This document shows, in pieces, positions 39,560 through 52,378 of a stretch of 64,000 nt of DNA. Position 1 is the stretch's first letter. Every line of letters begins with the position of its first letter. The position numbers were made by a program, and so were the translations under genes. The notes under the pieces are model-generated. The model had not been told where the DNA came from and searched no databases. It was given only the letters and a program-made list of their open reading frames with translations. The stretch is from Macrostomum hystrix (taxonomy: Eukaryota; Animalia; Platyhelminthes): the NCBI GenBank assembly GCA_950097015.1, contig CATNEN010000030.1, positions 3,348,001 through 3,412,000 of the forward strand. Direction: 5' to 3'.

Positions 39560-42060
39560 AATTCCAGTATCAGCGACACTGGCTGCAATCATTCCTGTCT
39601 TGGCAACACTGGCTGAAATCATCCCATCAGCAGTAGCTGCAGTGTCATCAGCAGTAGCTGCAGTGTCATCAGCAGTAGCTGCAGTGTCATCAGCAGTAGC
39701 TGCAGTGTCATCAGCAGTAGCTGCAGTGTCATCAGCAGTAGCTGCAGTGTCATCAGCAGTAGCTGCAGTGTCATCAGCAGTAGCAGTAGTGTCATCAGCA
39801 GTAGCTGCAGTGTCATCAGCAGTAGCTGCAGTGTCATCAGCAGTAGCAGTAGTGTCATCAGCAGTAGCTGCAGTGTCATCAGCAGTAGCTGTAGTGTCAT
39901 CAGCAGTAGCTGTAGTGTCATCAGCAGTAGCTGCAGTGTCATCAGCAGTAGCTGTAGTGTCATCAGCAGTAGCTGTAGTGTCATCAGCAGTAGCAGTAGT
40001 GTCATCAGCAGTAGCTGCAGTGTCATCAGCAGTAGCTGTAGTGTCATCAGCAGTAGCTGTAGTGTCATCAGCAGTAGCTGCAGTGTCATCAGCAGTAGCT
40101 GCAGTGTCATCAGCAGTAGCAGTAGTGTCATCAGCAGTAGCTGCAGTGTCATCAGCAGTAGCTGTAGTGTCATCAGCAGTAGCTGTAGTGTCATCAGCAG
40201 TAGCTGCAGTGTCATCAGCAGTAGCTGTAGTGTCATCAGCAGTAGCTGCAGTGTCATCAGCAGTAGCGGCAGTGTCATCAGCAGTAGCTGCAGAGTCAGC
40301 AACTGTAGCTGCAGTGTCATCAGCAGTAGCGGCAGTGTCATCAGCAGTAGCTGCAGAGTCAGCAACTGTAGCTGCAGTGTCATCAGCAGTAGCTGCAGTG
40401 TCAGCAACTGTAGCTGCAGTGTCATCAGCAGTAGCGGCAGTGTCATCAGCAGTAGCTGCAGAGTCAGCAACTGTAGCTGCAGTGTCATCAGCAGTAGCTG
40501 CAGTGTCAGCAACTGTAGCTGCAGTGTCATCAGCAGTAGCTGCAGAGTCAGCAACTGTAGCTGCAGTGTCATCAGCAGTAGCGGCAGAGTCAGCAACTGT
40601 AGCTGCAGTGTCATCAGCAGTAGCTGCAGAGTCAGCAACTGTAGCTGCAGTGTCATCAGCAGTAGCGGCAGTGTCATCAGCAGTAGCTGCAGAGTCAGCA
40701 ACTGTAGCTGCAGTGTCATCAGCAGTAGCTGCAGTGTCAGCAACTGTAGCTGCAGTGTCATCAGCAGTAGCTGCAGAGTCAGCAACTGTAGCTGCAGTGT
40801 CATCAGCAGTAGCTGCAGAGTCAGCAACTGTAGCTGCAGTGTCATCAGCAGTAGCTGTAGTGTCATCAGCAGTAGATGCAGAGTCAGCAACTGTAGCGGC
40901 AGAGTCAGCAGCTGTAGCTGCAGTGTCAGCAACTGTAGCCGCAGTGTCATCAGCAGTAGCTGCAGAGTCAGCAACTGTAGCTGCAGTGTCATCAGCAGTA
41001 GCTGCAGAGTCAGCAACTGTAGCGGCAGAGTCAGCAGCTGTAGCTGCAGTGTCAGCAACTGTAGCTGCAGTGTCATCAGCAGTAGCTGCAGAGTCAGCAG
41101 CTGTAGCTGCAGTGTCAGCAACTGTAGCTGCAGTGTCATCAGCAGTAGCTGCAGTGTCATCAGCAGTAGCGGCAGTGTCATCAGCAGTAGCGGCAGTGTC
41201 ATCAGCAGTAGCGGCAGTGTCATCAGCAGTAGCGGCAGTGTCATCAGCAGTAGCTGCAGAGTCAGCAACTGTAGCTGCAGTGTCATCAGCAGTAGCTGCA
41301 GTGCCAGCAACTGTAGCTGCAGAGTCATCAGCAGTAGCTGCAGTGCCAGCAACTGTAGCTGCAGTGTCATCAGCAGTAGCTGCAGAGCCAGCAACTGTAG
41401 CTGCAGAGTCATCAGCAGTAGCTGCAGAGCAAGCAACTGTAGCTGCAGAGTCATCAGCAGTAGCTGCAGAGTCAGCAACTGTAGCTGCAGAGTCATCAGC
41501 AGTAGCTGCAGAGTCATCAGCAGTAGCTGCAGAGTCAGCAACTGTAGCTGCAGAGTCATCAGCAGTAGCTGCAGAGCCAGCAACTGTAGCTGCAGTGTCA
41601 TCAGCAGTAGCTGCAGAGCCAGCAACTGTAGCTGCAGAGTCATCAGCAGTAGCTGCAGAGTCAGCAACTGTAGCTGCAGAGTCATCAGCAGTAGCTGCAG
41701 AGTCAGCAACTGTAGCTGCAGTGTCATCAGCAGTAGCTGCAGAGCCAGCAACTGTAGCTGCAGAGTCATCAGCAGTAGCTGCAGAGCCAGCAACTGTAGC
41801 TGCAGTGTCATCAGCAGTAGCTGCAGAGTCAGCAACTGTAGCTGCAGTGTCATCAGCAGTAGCTGCAGAGCCAGCAACTGTAGCTGCAGTGTCATCAGCA
41901 GTAGCTGCAGAGCCAGCAACTGTAGCTGCAGTGTCATCAGCAGTAGCTGCAGAGCCAGAAACTGTAGCTGCAGAGCCAGCAACTGTAGCTGCAGTGTCAT
42001 CAGCAGTAGCTACAGAGCCAGCAACTGTAGGTACAGAGCCAGCAGCAGTAGCTACTGTGT
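39560..42060. repeat. Minisatellite, 21-bp units GTGTCATCAGCAGTAGCTGCA / GAGTCAGCAACTGTAGCTGCA
   Basis: More than 110 tandem copies with a left-to-right variant gradient. Confidence 0.96.
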
Positions 42061-42329
42061 GCATTTTTCGTCTCCTCTTTCCAATCTTAGCCAAACTTCG
42101 TTCAGGTCAATCAAGTGAAATTGGCAAGGTTAACTTTTGTTCCCTCGGATTCTGTTTATCCTTTCGCGTGACGTAAGCCAGTGCTAAAAAGTACCAGAAA
42201 ATCTGTGCAGATTCCAGACTTGTTTATCAGCAACGGGTTCGGATGTTCGGATGACCGGGTTGGCAATAATATTTTTTCGACGAACAAGTACCAAGTACTT
42301 TTGGCGAATCTAGTTGAACAAACGATTCA

Positions 42330-43650
42330 GTATCTACGACTGAAGTTACAGCCAATGTCAGTATCTATGACTGAAGTTACAGCCAAGGTCAGTAGCTATG
42401 ACTGAAGTTACAGCCAAGGTCAGTAGCTATGACTGAAGTTACAGCCAAGGTCAGTAGCTATGACTGAAGGTACAGCCAAGGTCAGTATCTGTGACTGAAG
42501 TTACAGCCAAGGTCAGTATCTATGACTGAAGTTACAGCCAAGGTCAGTAGCTATGACTGAAGTTACAGCCAAGGTCAGTAGCTATGACTGAAGTTACAGC
42601 CAAGGTCAGTATCTGTGACTGAAGTTACAGCCAAGGTCAGTATCTGTGACTGAAGTTACAGCCAAGGTCAGTATCTGTGACTGAAGTTACAGCCAAGGTC
42701 AGTAGCTATGACTGAAGTTACAGCCAAGGTCAGAGCTATGACTGAAGGTACAGCCAAGGTCAGTATCTGTGACTGAAGTTACAGCCAAGGTCAGTATCTA
42801 TGACTGAAGTTACAGCCAAGGTCAGTAGCTATGACTGAAGTTACAGCCAAGGTCAGTAGCTATGACTGAAGTTACAGCCAAGGTCAGTAGCTATGACTGA
42901 AGTTACATCCAATGTCAGTAGCTATGACTGAAGTTACAGCCAAGGTCAGTAGCTATGACTGAAGTTACAGCCAAGGTCAGTAGCTATGACTGAAGTTACA
43001 GCCAAGGTCAGTATCTGTGACTGAAGTTACAGCCAAGGTCAGTAGCTATGACTGAAGTTACAGCTAAGGTCAGTATCTGTCACTGAAGTTACAGCCTAGG
43101 TCAGTAGCTATGACTGAAGTTACAGCCAAGGTCAGTAGCTATGACTGAAGTTACAGCCCAGGTCAATAGCTATGACTGAAGTTACAGCCAAGGTCAGTAG
43201 CTATGACTGAAGTTACAGCCAAGGTCAGAGCTATGACTGAAGTTACAGCTAAGGTCAGTAGCTATGACTGAAGTTACAGCCAAGGTCAGTAGCTATGACT
43301 GAAGTTACAGCCAAGGTCAGAGCTATGACTGAAGTTACAGCCAAGGTCAGTAGCTATGACTGAAGTTACAGCCAAGGTCAGAGCTATGACTGAAGTTACA
43401 GCTAAGGTCAGTAGCTATGACTGAAGTTACAGCCAAGGTCAGTAGCTATGACTGAAGTTACAGCCAAGGTCAGAGCTATGACTGAAGTTACAGCCAAGGT
43501 CAGTAGCTATGACTGAAGTTACAGCCAAGGTCAGAGCTATGACTGAAGTTACAGCTAAGGTCAGTAGCTATGACTGAAGTTACAGCCAAGGTTAGTAGCT
43601 ATGACTGATATTACAGCCAAGGTCAGTAGCTTTAGTGACTGGCGTTACAT
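42330..43650. repeat. Minisatellite, 31-bp unit TATGACTGAAGTTACAGCCAAGGTCAGTAGC
   Basis: About 42 tandem copies. Confidence 0.97.
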
Positions 43651-43879
43651 CTAATTAAAGAGATAGAGCTTCAATGGCGACATCGATAAAGGCTAATTGA
43701 AACTGTCTGATAAGGCACCTAATGACCTAATGGGTATTTGTTTCTTAAGCGCTTTGACTGTTTTCGCATTTTTGTTGCTGTTGGACTATTCTGCCATAAT
43801 AATATTGACTCCAGGCCGTTGATGTCCGAAAACATCCGAACCTGTTGTTCACTAACTATGAAAAAAATACCTCCATTTG

Positions 43880-44158
43880 AATCTACCTACGTACCTACCT
43901 TCCTTCCTACCTATCTACGTTTCTATCTACCTACCTACCTTCCAACCTACCTACCTACCTATCTACGTATCTACCTACCTACCTACCTTCCTACTTACCT
44001 ACCTACCTACCTATCTACGTATCTACCTACCTACCTACCTTCCTACTTACCTACCTTCCTACCTACCTACCTACCTACATACGTAACAACCTACCCACAT
44101 ACCAACTTACCTAGCAACCTACCTACCTATCTACTTCCATATCTACCTACCTATTTAA
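43880..44158. repeat. Degenerate (CTAC)n microsatellite
   Basis: Read directly. Confidence 0.93.
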
Positions 44159-44895
44159 ATTGGATTTTCATATATTATAATCTCTGTTTAATCGAAATCA
44201 TTCGCAGAAATTTAATATGTATAAATTTTTGTTAACGAAGATACTTTGTCCGAATTGTCGAGCACAATTGCATCGGGAATCGAACCCACAACCTTCTGCT
44301 GTTGTAAGTGTTTACATTTTTTTCTCTTTGCCCTCCGACGCACCGGTGGAAAGGATGAAGAAAAAAATTGTTTTTGCCCGAAACGTGCCGTCAAGGAAAG
44401 TGCAGCCGGTCTAGTTGCAAGGACTGGAGGAGAGGCTGGGGCCGGCAAAGCGATGGACCCCAGCGATAGCCGGGATTCTGAAGGTGAAAATCAACAATCG
44501 AAAGGTGAATGAGGCGGCGGGTAGGAAAAATCGGACAACTAACGGACTAACGGTTCGCTAAGAGAACGAAAAACAGGTCCAACTTTCTTAAAGAACGGTT
44601 GCTAAGCGGACAAACATGTTTTTCCCCTTAATGGTTAAGGGTGCGATGGGCTGCTAGATTGATTGGCTGGCTGCTTGAATTCTCCCTAGCTCTATGGGCT
44701 ATGCTCCTACCGCGGCACAGATTGGATCCCGGGGGGGTCAGGACCCAACCAGAGCATCGTCGTTGAATGGCGTCAAAACAACAGGCCAGAGCGGCGGGGG
44801 TATCACGCCAGAATTCGAACTCTAAGACTCGGCCGAAGCTAAGGTGCAAAAAACAGATCGATGCAGGTCGTAAGAGTTCGAAAACATCGCCGGGC

Positions 44896-44903
44896 CTATA
44901 TAT
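44896..44903 (+). promoter_or_regulatory. Putative TATA box of the P450 gene
   Basis: TATATATA about 100 nt upstream of gccATG at 45000. Confidence 0.45.
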
Positions 44904-44999
44904 ACGGCAGCGCCGAGACCCCATCCGGCAACAGAACTCTCAGGAGCTCAGAAAAGCCATCTGGAAAGACTTCGCCAAGGCAAACAATCCACATAAGCC

Positions 45000-46597
45000 A
45001 TGAACTACCTGAAGGAGTCCATCTTCGGCAAGCAGGCCGACACCGAGAAGCTGAAGAAGAAGATCCCGGGACCCGGAGTGCCGATCCTCGGCGACCTGCT
45101 GACGGCGACGAAGTGGGCGCTGGCGAATCCAAACAAGCTGCCGATGCACCGCACCCTGGAGCTGCACGGCCAGTTCGGTCCCGTCTACTCGTTCGGCGTC
45201 GGCTCCGCCAACTTCGTCATAGTTGGTGACCCGGCCATGTTCCGCCAGGTGCTGACTCACGAGGACTTTCAGGAGCACATCAACCTGCCGTTCCTGAAGA
45301 CCTTCGGCGCTAGCAAGGGCATCTTCATGGCCGACTACGAGCGCTGGAAGGTGCACCGGCGCTTCAGCCATCGGATCCTTCGCGACCTCGGCTTCGGCAA
45401 GATCCAGATGCAGGTGAGACTCGAAGCACCTTAGTTTTCACAAACAGCTCAAACATCAACCAACCATCTGAGCATTCGATAACTATGTTCGATCCACCGA
45501 CTCCCCGCACACAGGACAACATCCTGCGCGAGGCCACACACCTGGTTGACGACCTCCGTGTGCAGTGCTCGGAGCCGGTTGAGACACGGGCCACAATGTC
45601 TCGCGCGGTGTCCAACGTCATCAACCAGCTCGTGTTCGGCAAGCGATTCGATTACGGCGAGCCTGAGTTCGCCAGACAGCTGGACAATGCCCGCAAGGTC
45701 ACGAATATCAGCCTGACGCTCGTTTTCTTCCCCATGATGTTTCCCTGGCTGGAGGGCCACCCGGACATCATGAAGGCCTTGCCGGGATCCAGCAGCTTCG
45801 CAGAGGGCTACGCCTTCATCAAGGCCTTCTGCAAGCGCGAGATCATCTGGCACAAGGAGAAGCTCGACTTCAACAACAACGAGATGGCCGACCAGCCGGA
45901 GGACTTCATTGCCGCCTTCCTTCGCGAGCAGGCCCGTCAGGATCCCGACTCGGAGCACTACTTCACCGATGACGACCTGTGCGACATTGTGGCCGACTTC
46001 TTCGTGGCCGGCACCGACACGACCGCCGTGGCGCTGACCTGGGCCGCCCTACTGCTGGCCATGCACCAGGACGTGCAGGAGCGAGTCCGCTCCGAGCTCT
46101 TCCACCTCGGCGGCGGCATCCTGGAGAAGCAGGCCAGCCTGCACTACACCCGCGCCTTCTGGGACGAGGTCCTGCGCTACTGCATGCTGGTGCCGCTCAA
46201 CATGCGCCACTCGATCCGTGACACCAGCATCGGCGGCTACCGGATCCCCGCCGACACAGTCGTCGGCGCCAATGCCTATGCGGTGTCGCGCAACGCTGAA
46301 CTCTTCCCGGAGCCGGAGGTGTTCCGGCCGGACCGGTTCCTTGACGCCGACGGCTGCTACTCGCGCAGTCCGGCCATGGAGGGCCTTGTATTCGGCACTG
46401 GCAAGCGGGGCTGCATGGGCGAGAGCCTGGCCCGCATGGAGATGCTGGTATTCTTGGCCAGCCTGGTGCAGAACTTCCAGCTCGAGCTCCCCGAGGCCGA
46501 GCGGCCGCGCCTCGCCGAGATCTTCGTCGGCGAAGATGGCGCTGTTCATCAGCCGAAGCAGCACCGCATCCTGTTCACCGAGCTGCACAGGGACTGA
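45000..46597 (+). CDS. Cytochrome P450, clan 2 (CYP2-like), 498 aa. Exons 45000-45413, 45515-46597
   Basis: Pro-rich IPGPGVPILG, C-helix WKVHRRF, RDLGFGK, I-helix AGTDTT, K-helix EVLR, PERF-like RPDRF, heme motif FGTGKRGCMG. One phase-0 GT-AG intron. Confidence 0.95.
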
Positions 46598-47167
46598 AGC
46601 AAGCCGCCCAGGACTTTAGCCTCTAAAACCCCTCAGATACCTTTCTTTAGTTCTATTTGTGTCCGCTGTGCACAGGCGAATAGAGGAATGGCTTGCACTT
46701 TTAGTGTGATTCGCACTGTACGTATACGCACAGCAGATTGTTCGCAGTTCTGCCAGATTTGGCCAAGCTGGGATTTACTTTCATTTACTATTTTTGTCTA
46801 CCGAATGCGCGCCCGTGTTGCTAAATAAAAAGCTTTCACTACTAAGCCGACTATGGCCTTCAGAAATCCAAACGTCTTTGTTCCGATTTTTCTGATTAAA
46901 AATTATGCAATGAAGCGCAATAGATTTCGATTATTAAACTGTTTATCCGTAAATATAATATAATATATTTTCGCTCATGAAGGCGTAGAAAAAAAGCAAA
47001 ACTGATTTTGATCACAGAGCGGCTCATTTAAAGGGATACGAAAAAAAATGTATAAAATTTAATAATGCCTCTTAAATTGTCGCTTAACATGTTTTAACAA
47101 GTAGGTCCTACCTAGGCTCAAATCGGGTTTGTACACTGTGATCAAAGGCACGGATCAGCAGCTCTGC

Positions 47168-50100
47168 TTAAACCTCTGGTCCGTTGTCTGGCTGCTCAAA
47201 CTGACCCGCGTCCTCAGCAACGACCGCTGCGCCCGACTCATCGGCCCCTGAACCAGCCGCCGCTGCCGCGTCATCGCCGCCCGCCAGTTCCGCTTCACCG
47301 TCAGCGCCGCCTTTTAGGGAAGGAAGTATATTTGAGAAATTCTCAACCGGCTGTTTCACGAACTCGCCATTCTCAAATCCAACAGCTTCGCCCTCGCTAT
47401 TGCAAACCTCATTGAACACGTTTGCCTCTAGCGCCAAGGTCCCTAAGTTCGATTCCTTGGCGAGGCCACATTAATTTGGGGCACAGCCGCGAAGAGAAGG
47501 CTTGAGGGCTTGTCGTGCAGTTTACGCCTTTGTGGGCCAACCTCCAAGGCACGGTGAAGTGCACACTGCCTGACGATGAGAAAGTCAGGGCAGATGTACA
47601 CACCTATGTGAGTGTGTGTGTGCTCAGGAGTCAGCGAAATTGGCAGAATCGCCTCCTCGCTGGCTGCGGGTCTAGTGTCACCAAACGATGTGCTAAGCCC
47701 GCAGCCCTACTGCAATTATTTTTTTATTAACCTCATTGAAGCCATTGCCCTGTCCATTGCCGATCTACTTGAATGCATCACTCGTCATTGACTGTCTTCG
47801 CTTTTTTGGACCATTTCAAAAACCCAGTATGATGCCATTTTTCCAACCCCTGAGCTCTAGCCATTGGCTTTCAAGCCCCAGTATGCTCACCCGCGCCGTC
47901 CTGATCTCCAGTCGCCGCAGTGTCACCCTCACCAGCCGCCTGCTTGTCGGCTTCCTCGTCGGCGCCCTCCGGAGTCAGGGTGTCCGGATTATAAAGCGAC
48001 ATCATGTCGCCCAGAATGCCGAACCTTTTTTAATGTGATTTAGCCAGAAAGTTGGACATCGTTTTAAATCTGTGGCAAGAAGCGCAAGTCCAAAACCATA
48101 ATAAAACTCACTTGACAGGGTCGGGCCTTGACTCGGCCTCCTTAGGTACAGCTGCCTCGTGGGAAAATCTAAAATTAGGATAAGGTTTTTCAAACAGCTA
48201 CTTTCATATATTTCTACTATGAGTAGCATGATCGTTCGGGAGCAATTTAGTAATTTATTACTACGAGTTTAGAAGTATAGATGATGCATTAGTAATGACA
48301 ATAATGACAGGATGGCTGCGGGTCTTGGCACATCATTGGTAACCATACGCCCACACGTATACTTGCATGACAAGCCCCAAAGCCTTCTCTCCGCTTCTGC
48401 GTCCCAAATGAATGCGTCCTCGCCGCGGAATCGAGCTCAGGGACCTTGACTGCTCACCTCACCACTCACTCCCCTAAATATTAAACTATTACTCGCATAA
48501 ACGTTATAAGCATTCTGGCAGCCTAGCATTGTCTAGACTCACTTCTCAAAGTCCCTCTTGGCGGTGTAGAGCCAGGACGCGCCCTCCTTGGGACGCGGCA
48601 GAATCGAAGTCAGTGCCGGGGACCGCTGACTGAAATTTGCGAGGTTCTTAAAAACATGATACCATTTTACTACTCGTGAGTAGAAATATTAGCAAACGCA
48701 TGCAAACGCAAAAATACGATAAACGATAGATTTTTTACATAAACAACTTACTTCACAATGTCGTTAATAGCGGGCCGTTTACTAAAAATGTAGGAGAAAA
48801 AATATTGGATTACAAATTATATTAGCCAAATGATTTAGAGAAACAAGCAAGCTACTCACGGGTGCATTCGCCTGTACTCAGCTGGTGTGACTTTGCGGTT
48901 CTTCTCGTTGCCATTCTCGTCTGTCTGAAAGTTCTTCTCTCGCATGGCCAAGTTGAAGGTGTCCGAGCGGAAAATTCTGTTCAAACAAAGGCTTGATTAG
49001 CTTTTTTTACTAGCCGTTGCTACCTTGAAATCCGACACCAAAAATTTGAATAAGACAGGGACTTTTTTCTGGCGATCTAGTGTGCTGGATTGGGAATCTG
49101 GAATGGGATCTGGTGTGCTGGATCGGGAATCTGGAATGGGATCTAGTGTGCTGGATTGGGAATCTGGAATGGGATCTAGTGTGCTGAATTGGGGATCTGG
49201 AATGGAATCAAGTGTGCTGGATAGGGGATCTGGAATGGGATCTAGTGTGCTGGATAGGGGATCTGGAATGGGATCTAGTGTGCTGGATAGGGGAACTGGA
49301 ATGGGATCTAGTGTGCTGGATAGGGGATCTGGAATGGGATCTAGTGTGCTGGATTGGGGAACTGGAATGGGATCTAGTGTGCTGGATTGGGTATCTGGAA
49401 TGGGATCTAGTGTGCTGGATTGGGGAACTGGAATGGGATCTAGTGTGCTGGATTGGGGAACTGGAATGGGATCTAGTGTGCTGGATTGGGGAACTGGAAT
49501 GGGATCTAGTGTGCTGGATTGTGGAACTGGAATGGGATCTAGTGTGCTGGATTGGGTATCTGGAATGGGATCTAGTGTGCTGAATTGGGGAACTGGAATG
49601 GAATCAAGTGTGCTGGATAGGGGATCTGGAATGGGATCAAGTGTGCTGGATTGGGGAACTGGAATGGGATCAAGTGTGCTGGATAGGGGATCTGGAATGG
49701 GATCAAGTGTGCTGGATTGGGGAGCTAGAGTGGGATCGAGGATTCTGGATCCCAGTCCCCAGCAATGGGATCGTGAAGGCGAGTTCGAGATCTCCCAAAG
49801 TTTGTGCTCAAGATTTGCATGTAGATCCATTGATAAAATATAGGGATCATGGATCAGGGAATCCTGCACCTATTTCTAAGCTTTCAAATATCACCAGATT
49901 ACCGCTCCCCCCCGATTTCTTCACCTGCCCATCTCCTTTTCGATTTTGTCAAATTCGCGCCGTTTAAAGGTTAGCCAGACCACGTAGCTGCAGAATGAGT
50001 ATAGGGTCTCAAACATCTCGCGGTCATTCCTTGTGGCCGACACCCTGGAATCGCCGGCCGCCATATGGTGGGTGCCACTGAGGCCTTGACCAAGGATCAG

Positions 50101-52378
50101 CACGCAGTAGGAGCGGCCAATCACCTTCTCTGTGCTGCTGACCTTCGCGCAGATGTCCTCGTACTCTTGAATCTCGCTGCGACTCTTGTGCACGTTGGCC
50201 GGGTAGATCTTGCAGTCCAGTGTCCGTTTCTCGAAGTACCAGTGAAAGTGCAACAGCAGTGTCATGAGGAAGTCGTCGAACGCCTTGGTGCTGCGGAATC
50301 GATTTCACATCTTAATTATAGAAATTTCCTAGTAGAAATACCTGGCTTTTTTCCCTGGGGAAAGACCACTGTAAGTGTAGTTCAAATACCCTAATTCTGC
50401 CTAATTCACGATAGCTCCCAAACCGAATGACCGATTCTCTTGAAAGTCTACTTACGATCAGCTAACTTTCAAATCCGTCCGAGTCAGCATCACCATTCAA
50501 CGATTCTTGTCGAAGGACAAACCCTGGTGACAAGGGAGCTGGGATCCTAGACGTCTACATTTTCATGGTCATTGGTTGAAAATTTTCGGCGATACAGAAA
50601 AAAATAAAAATCTGGGTATTTGAAAAACCCCGTTGATTTCTAGAGTTTTTCTAAGCTCTACGAAAACAGTTAAATTAAGGATTAAGGATTAATTAAATGG
50701 ATTAAGGATAATTAAGGATTCGTTAAATCATTAAAAACTGTTCTGCAAAGCACTTACAGGCGAATTTCTTGAAACCAGGGGGAGTTGACCTTCTGATTTG
50801 CTTCCTGCATCATAGCCAGCGCCACGCCTGGATGGGTTGAGAATGATAAACAAATCAGCCCTTCACCCTCCTAACTCAGCCATTCACCCTCTTACCTCAG
50901 CCCTTCACCCTCCTACCTCAGCCCTTCACCCTCCTACCTCAGCCCTTCACCCTCCTACCTCAGCCCTTCACCCTCCTACCTCAGCCCTTCACCCTCCTAC
51001 CTCAGCCCTTCACCCTCTTACCTCAGCCCTTCACCCTCCTACCTCAGCCCTTCACCCTCCTACCTCAGCCCTTCACCCTCTTACCTCAGCCCTTCACCCT
51101 CCTACCTCAGCCCTTCACCCTCTTACCTCAGCCCTTCACCCTCCTACCTCAGCCCTTCACCCTCCTTAAGTCAGCCCTTCACCCTCCTTAAGTCAGCCCT
51201 TCACCCTCCTTAAGTCAGCCCTTCACCCTCCTTAAGTCAGCCCTTCACCCTCCTACCTCAGCCCTTCACCCTCCTACCTCAGCCCTTCACCCTCCTTAAG
51301 TCAGCCCTTCACCCTCCTTAAGTCAGCCCTTCACCCTACTACCTCAGCGCTTAACCCTCTCCCTCCTACCTCATTCCTATAAAATCACGCTTTTTCTCCA
51401 ACTGACTCCCATTTGCTCGTTCTTACGTTTCACATCGGCCAGGGTTATGGCCCGATCCTCTTCTTCTCCATCTGCACCTTTGCCACCGGCTGCGCCGCCC
51501 TTTGACCGCTGCTGCTGCTGCTTGCCGCCGCGTCCGCCAGTGGCGCTGGGTGTTCGCCTGTCATTTCTGCCTCCCTTGGCACCGCCGGCACCTCCGCGCT
51601 TTCTAGCAGCTGACGATTTGTCCAGGGTGGGCAGTTGGCTAGAGCCGGCGCTGCGTTTTATTTTTAGTATTCCAAGGTGTCCGTTACATCCTTTAATTGT
51701 TCGAAAAAGTTGGAGTCATAAAAAATCGTTTTTTACCTGGGTCGAAAGTCCAATGTACTCTCATCCTCTTTCCAGTACCACATGCCTTTTGTAAGCACAA
51801 CGCTTCCACTTGAGCTCTAAAAATAGTAGGAATTAAAGTATGCGTGATCAGCTGTTAGGACTAATATTTATTTAAACTATCAATAAAATTTGAAAAAAAG
51901 TTCAAACTTTTTAGATCTGAGTAATCTAGACGTCTTATAATATCTTGAATGCTTTAACGCTTTTATGCAATATATTGATTTAAATTGTTATGGATATAAT
52001 GAAATTTTTTAAATCAGGTGCAGTAGAAGAAACAACCAGACATTAACCTATATAAAATTCGTTTTTTTATTTTAATATCAAAATGTTGTAATGATAAAAA
52101 ATCAAGTGTAATAATAAAATATTGTGTTTTCTATAGCCTTTTAAATAAAATTTTCTTTAGTTTTTCATAATATTAAATACAAAAATAAACGGAAAATAAT
52201 CACATTATACATACATCATGTAATATTCATACCATACTTGTATTATAAATATTGTATCAGAATTCATACAATATTGTCTAAAATTAAATTAAAAATTATA
52301 TCGTTCAAAACTAAGTTTTTGTCTGTATACTAAGGCATCATAAATATTTTTCCTTACCAACTCTTTCGCACTAGTCAT
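47168..52378 (-). CDS. PPP1R36: Protein phosphatase 1 regulatory subunit 36-like, ~442 aa. Exons 52358-52378, 51737-51816, 51427-51650, 50758-50827, 49925-50290, 48860-48976, 48752-48781, 48543-48629, 48112-48168, 47891-48024, 47168-47310
   Basis: Eleven phase-consistent exons (1329 nt). Motifs matching my recollection of PPP1R36/C14orf50: WYWKEDESTLDFR, ITLADVK, FDDFLMTLL, YCVLILG, HHMAAG, FETLYSFCSYVVWLTFKRR...IEKEMGRIFRSDTFN, KRPAI...RSPALTSILP, GILG. First and last exons are less certain. Confidence 0.85.
47420..47715 (+). mobile_element. SINE family B copy (last intron of PPP1R36)
   Basis: Collinear with 56425-56745 and ends in an ATT/T tail. Confidence 0.78.
48345..48460 (-). mobile_element. 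SINE family B fragment
   Basis: GACAAGCCCC...CCAAATGAATG...CTCGCCGCGGAATCGAGCTCAGGGACCTTG is shared with 61128-61228. Confidence 0.7.
49078..49735. repeat. Minisatellite, 33-bp unit TCTAGTGTGCTGGATTGGGGAACTGGAATGGGA (PPP1R36 intron)
   Basis: About 20 tandem copies. Confidence 0.96.
50856..51352. repeat. Minisatellite, 21-bp unit TCAGCCCTTCACCCTCCTACC (PPP1R36 intron)
   Basis: About 23 tandem copies. Confidence 0.96.

Noticed and set aside
44246-44560. Short GC-richer ORFs upstream of the P450, as possible transposon remnant or anchor-encoding exon
   Set aside because: No hydrophobic helix and no RT or transposase motif recognised; only an isolated B-box fragment at ~44270-44295.
47565-47600. 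Hammerhead-like CTGACGA-TGA-GAAA in SINE family B
   Set aside because: There is no stem III or NUH cleavage triplet after GAAA, the CTGAC pairs with GTCAG in a simple hairpin, and one copy reads CTGACAA.
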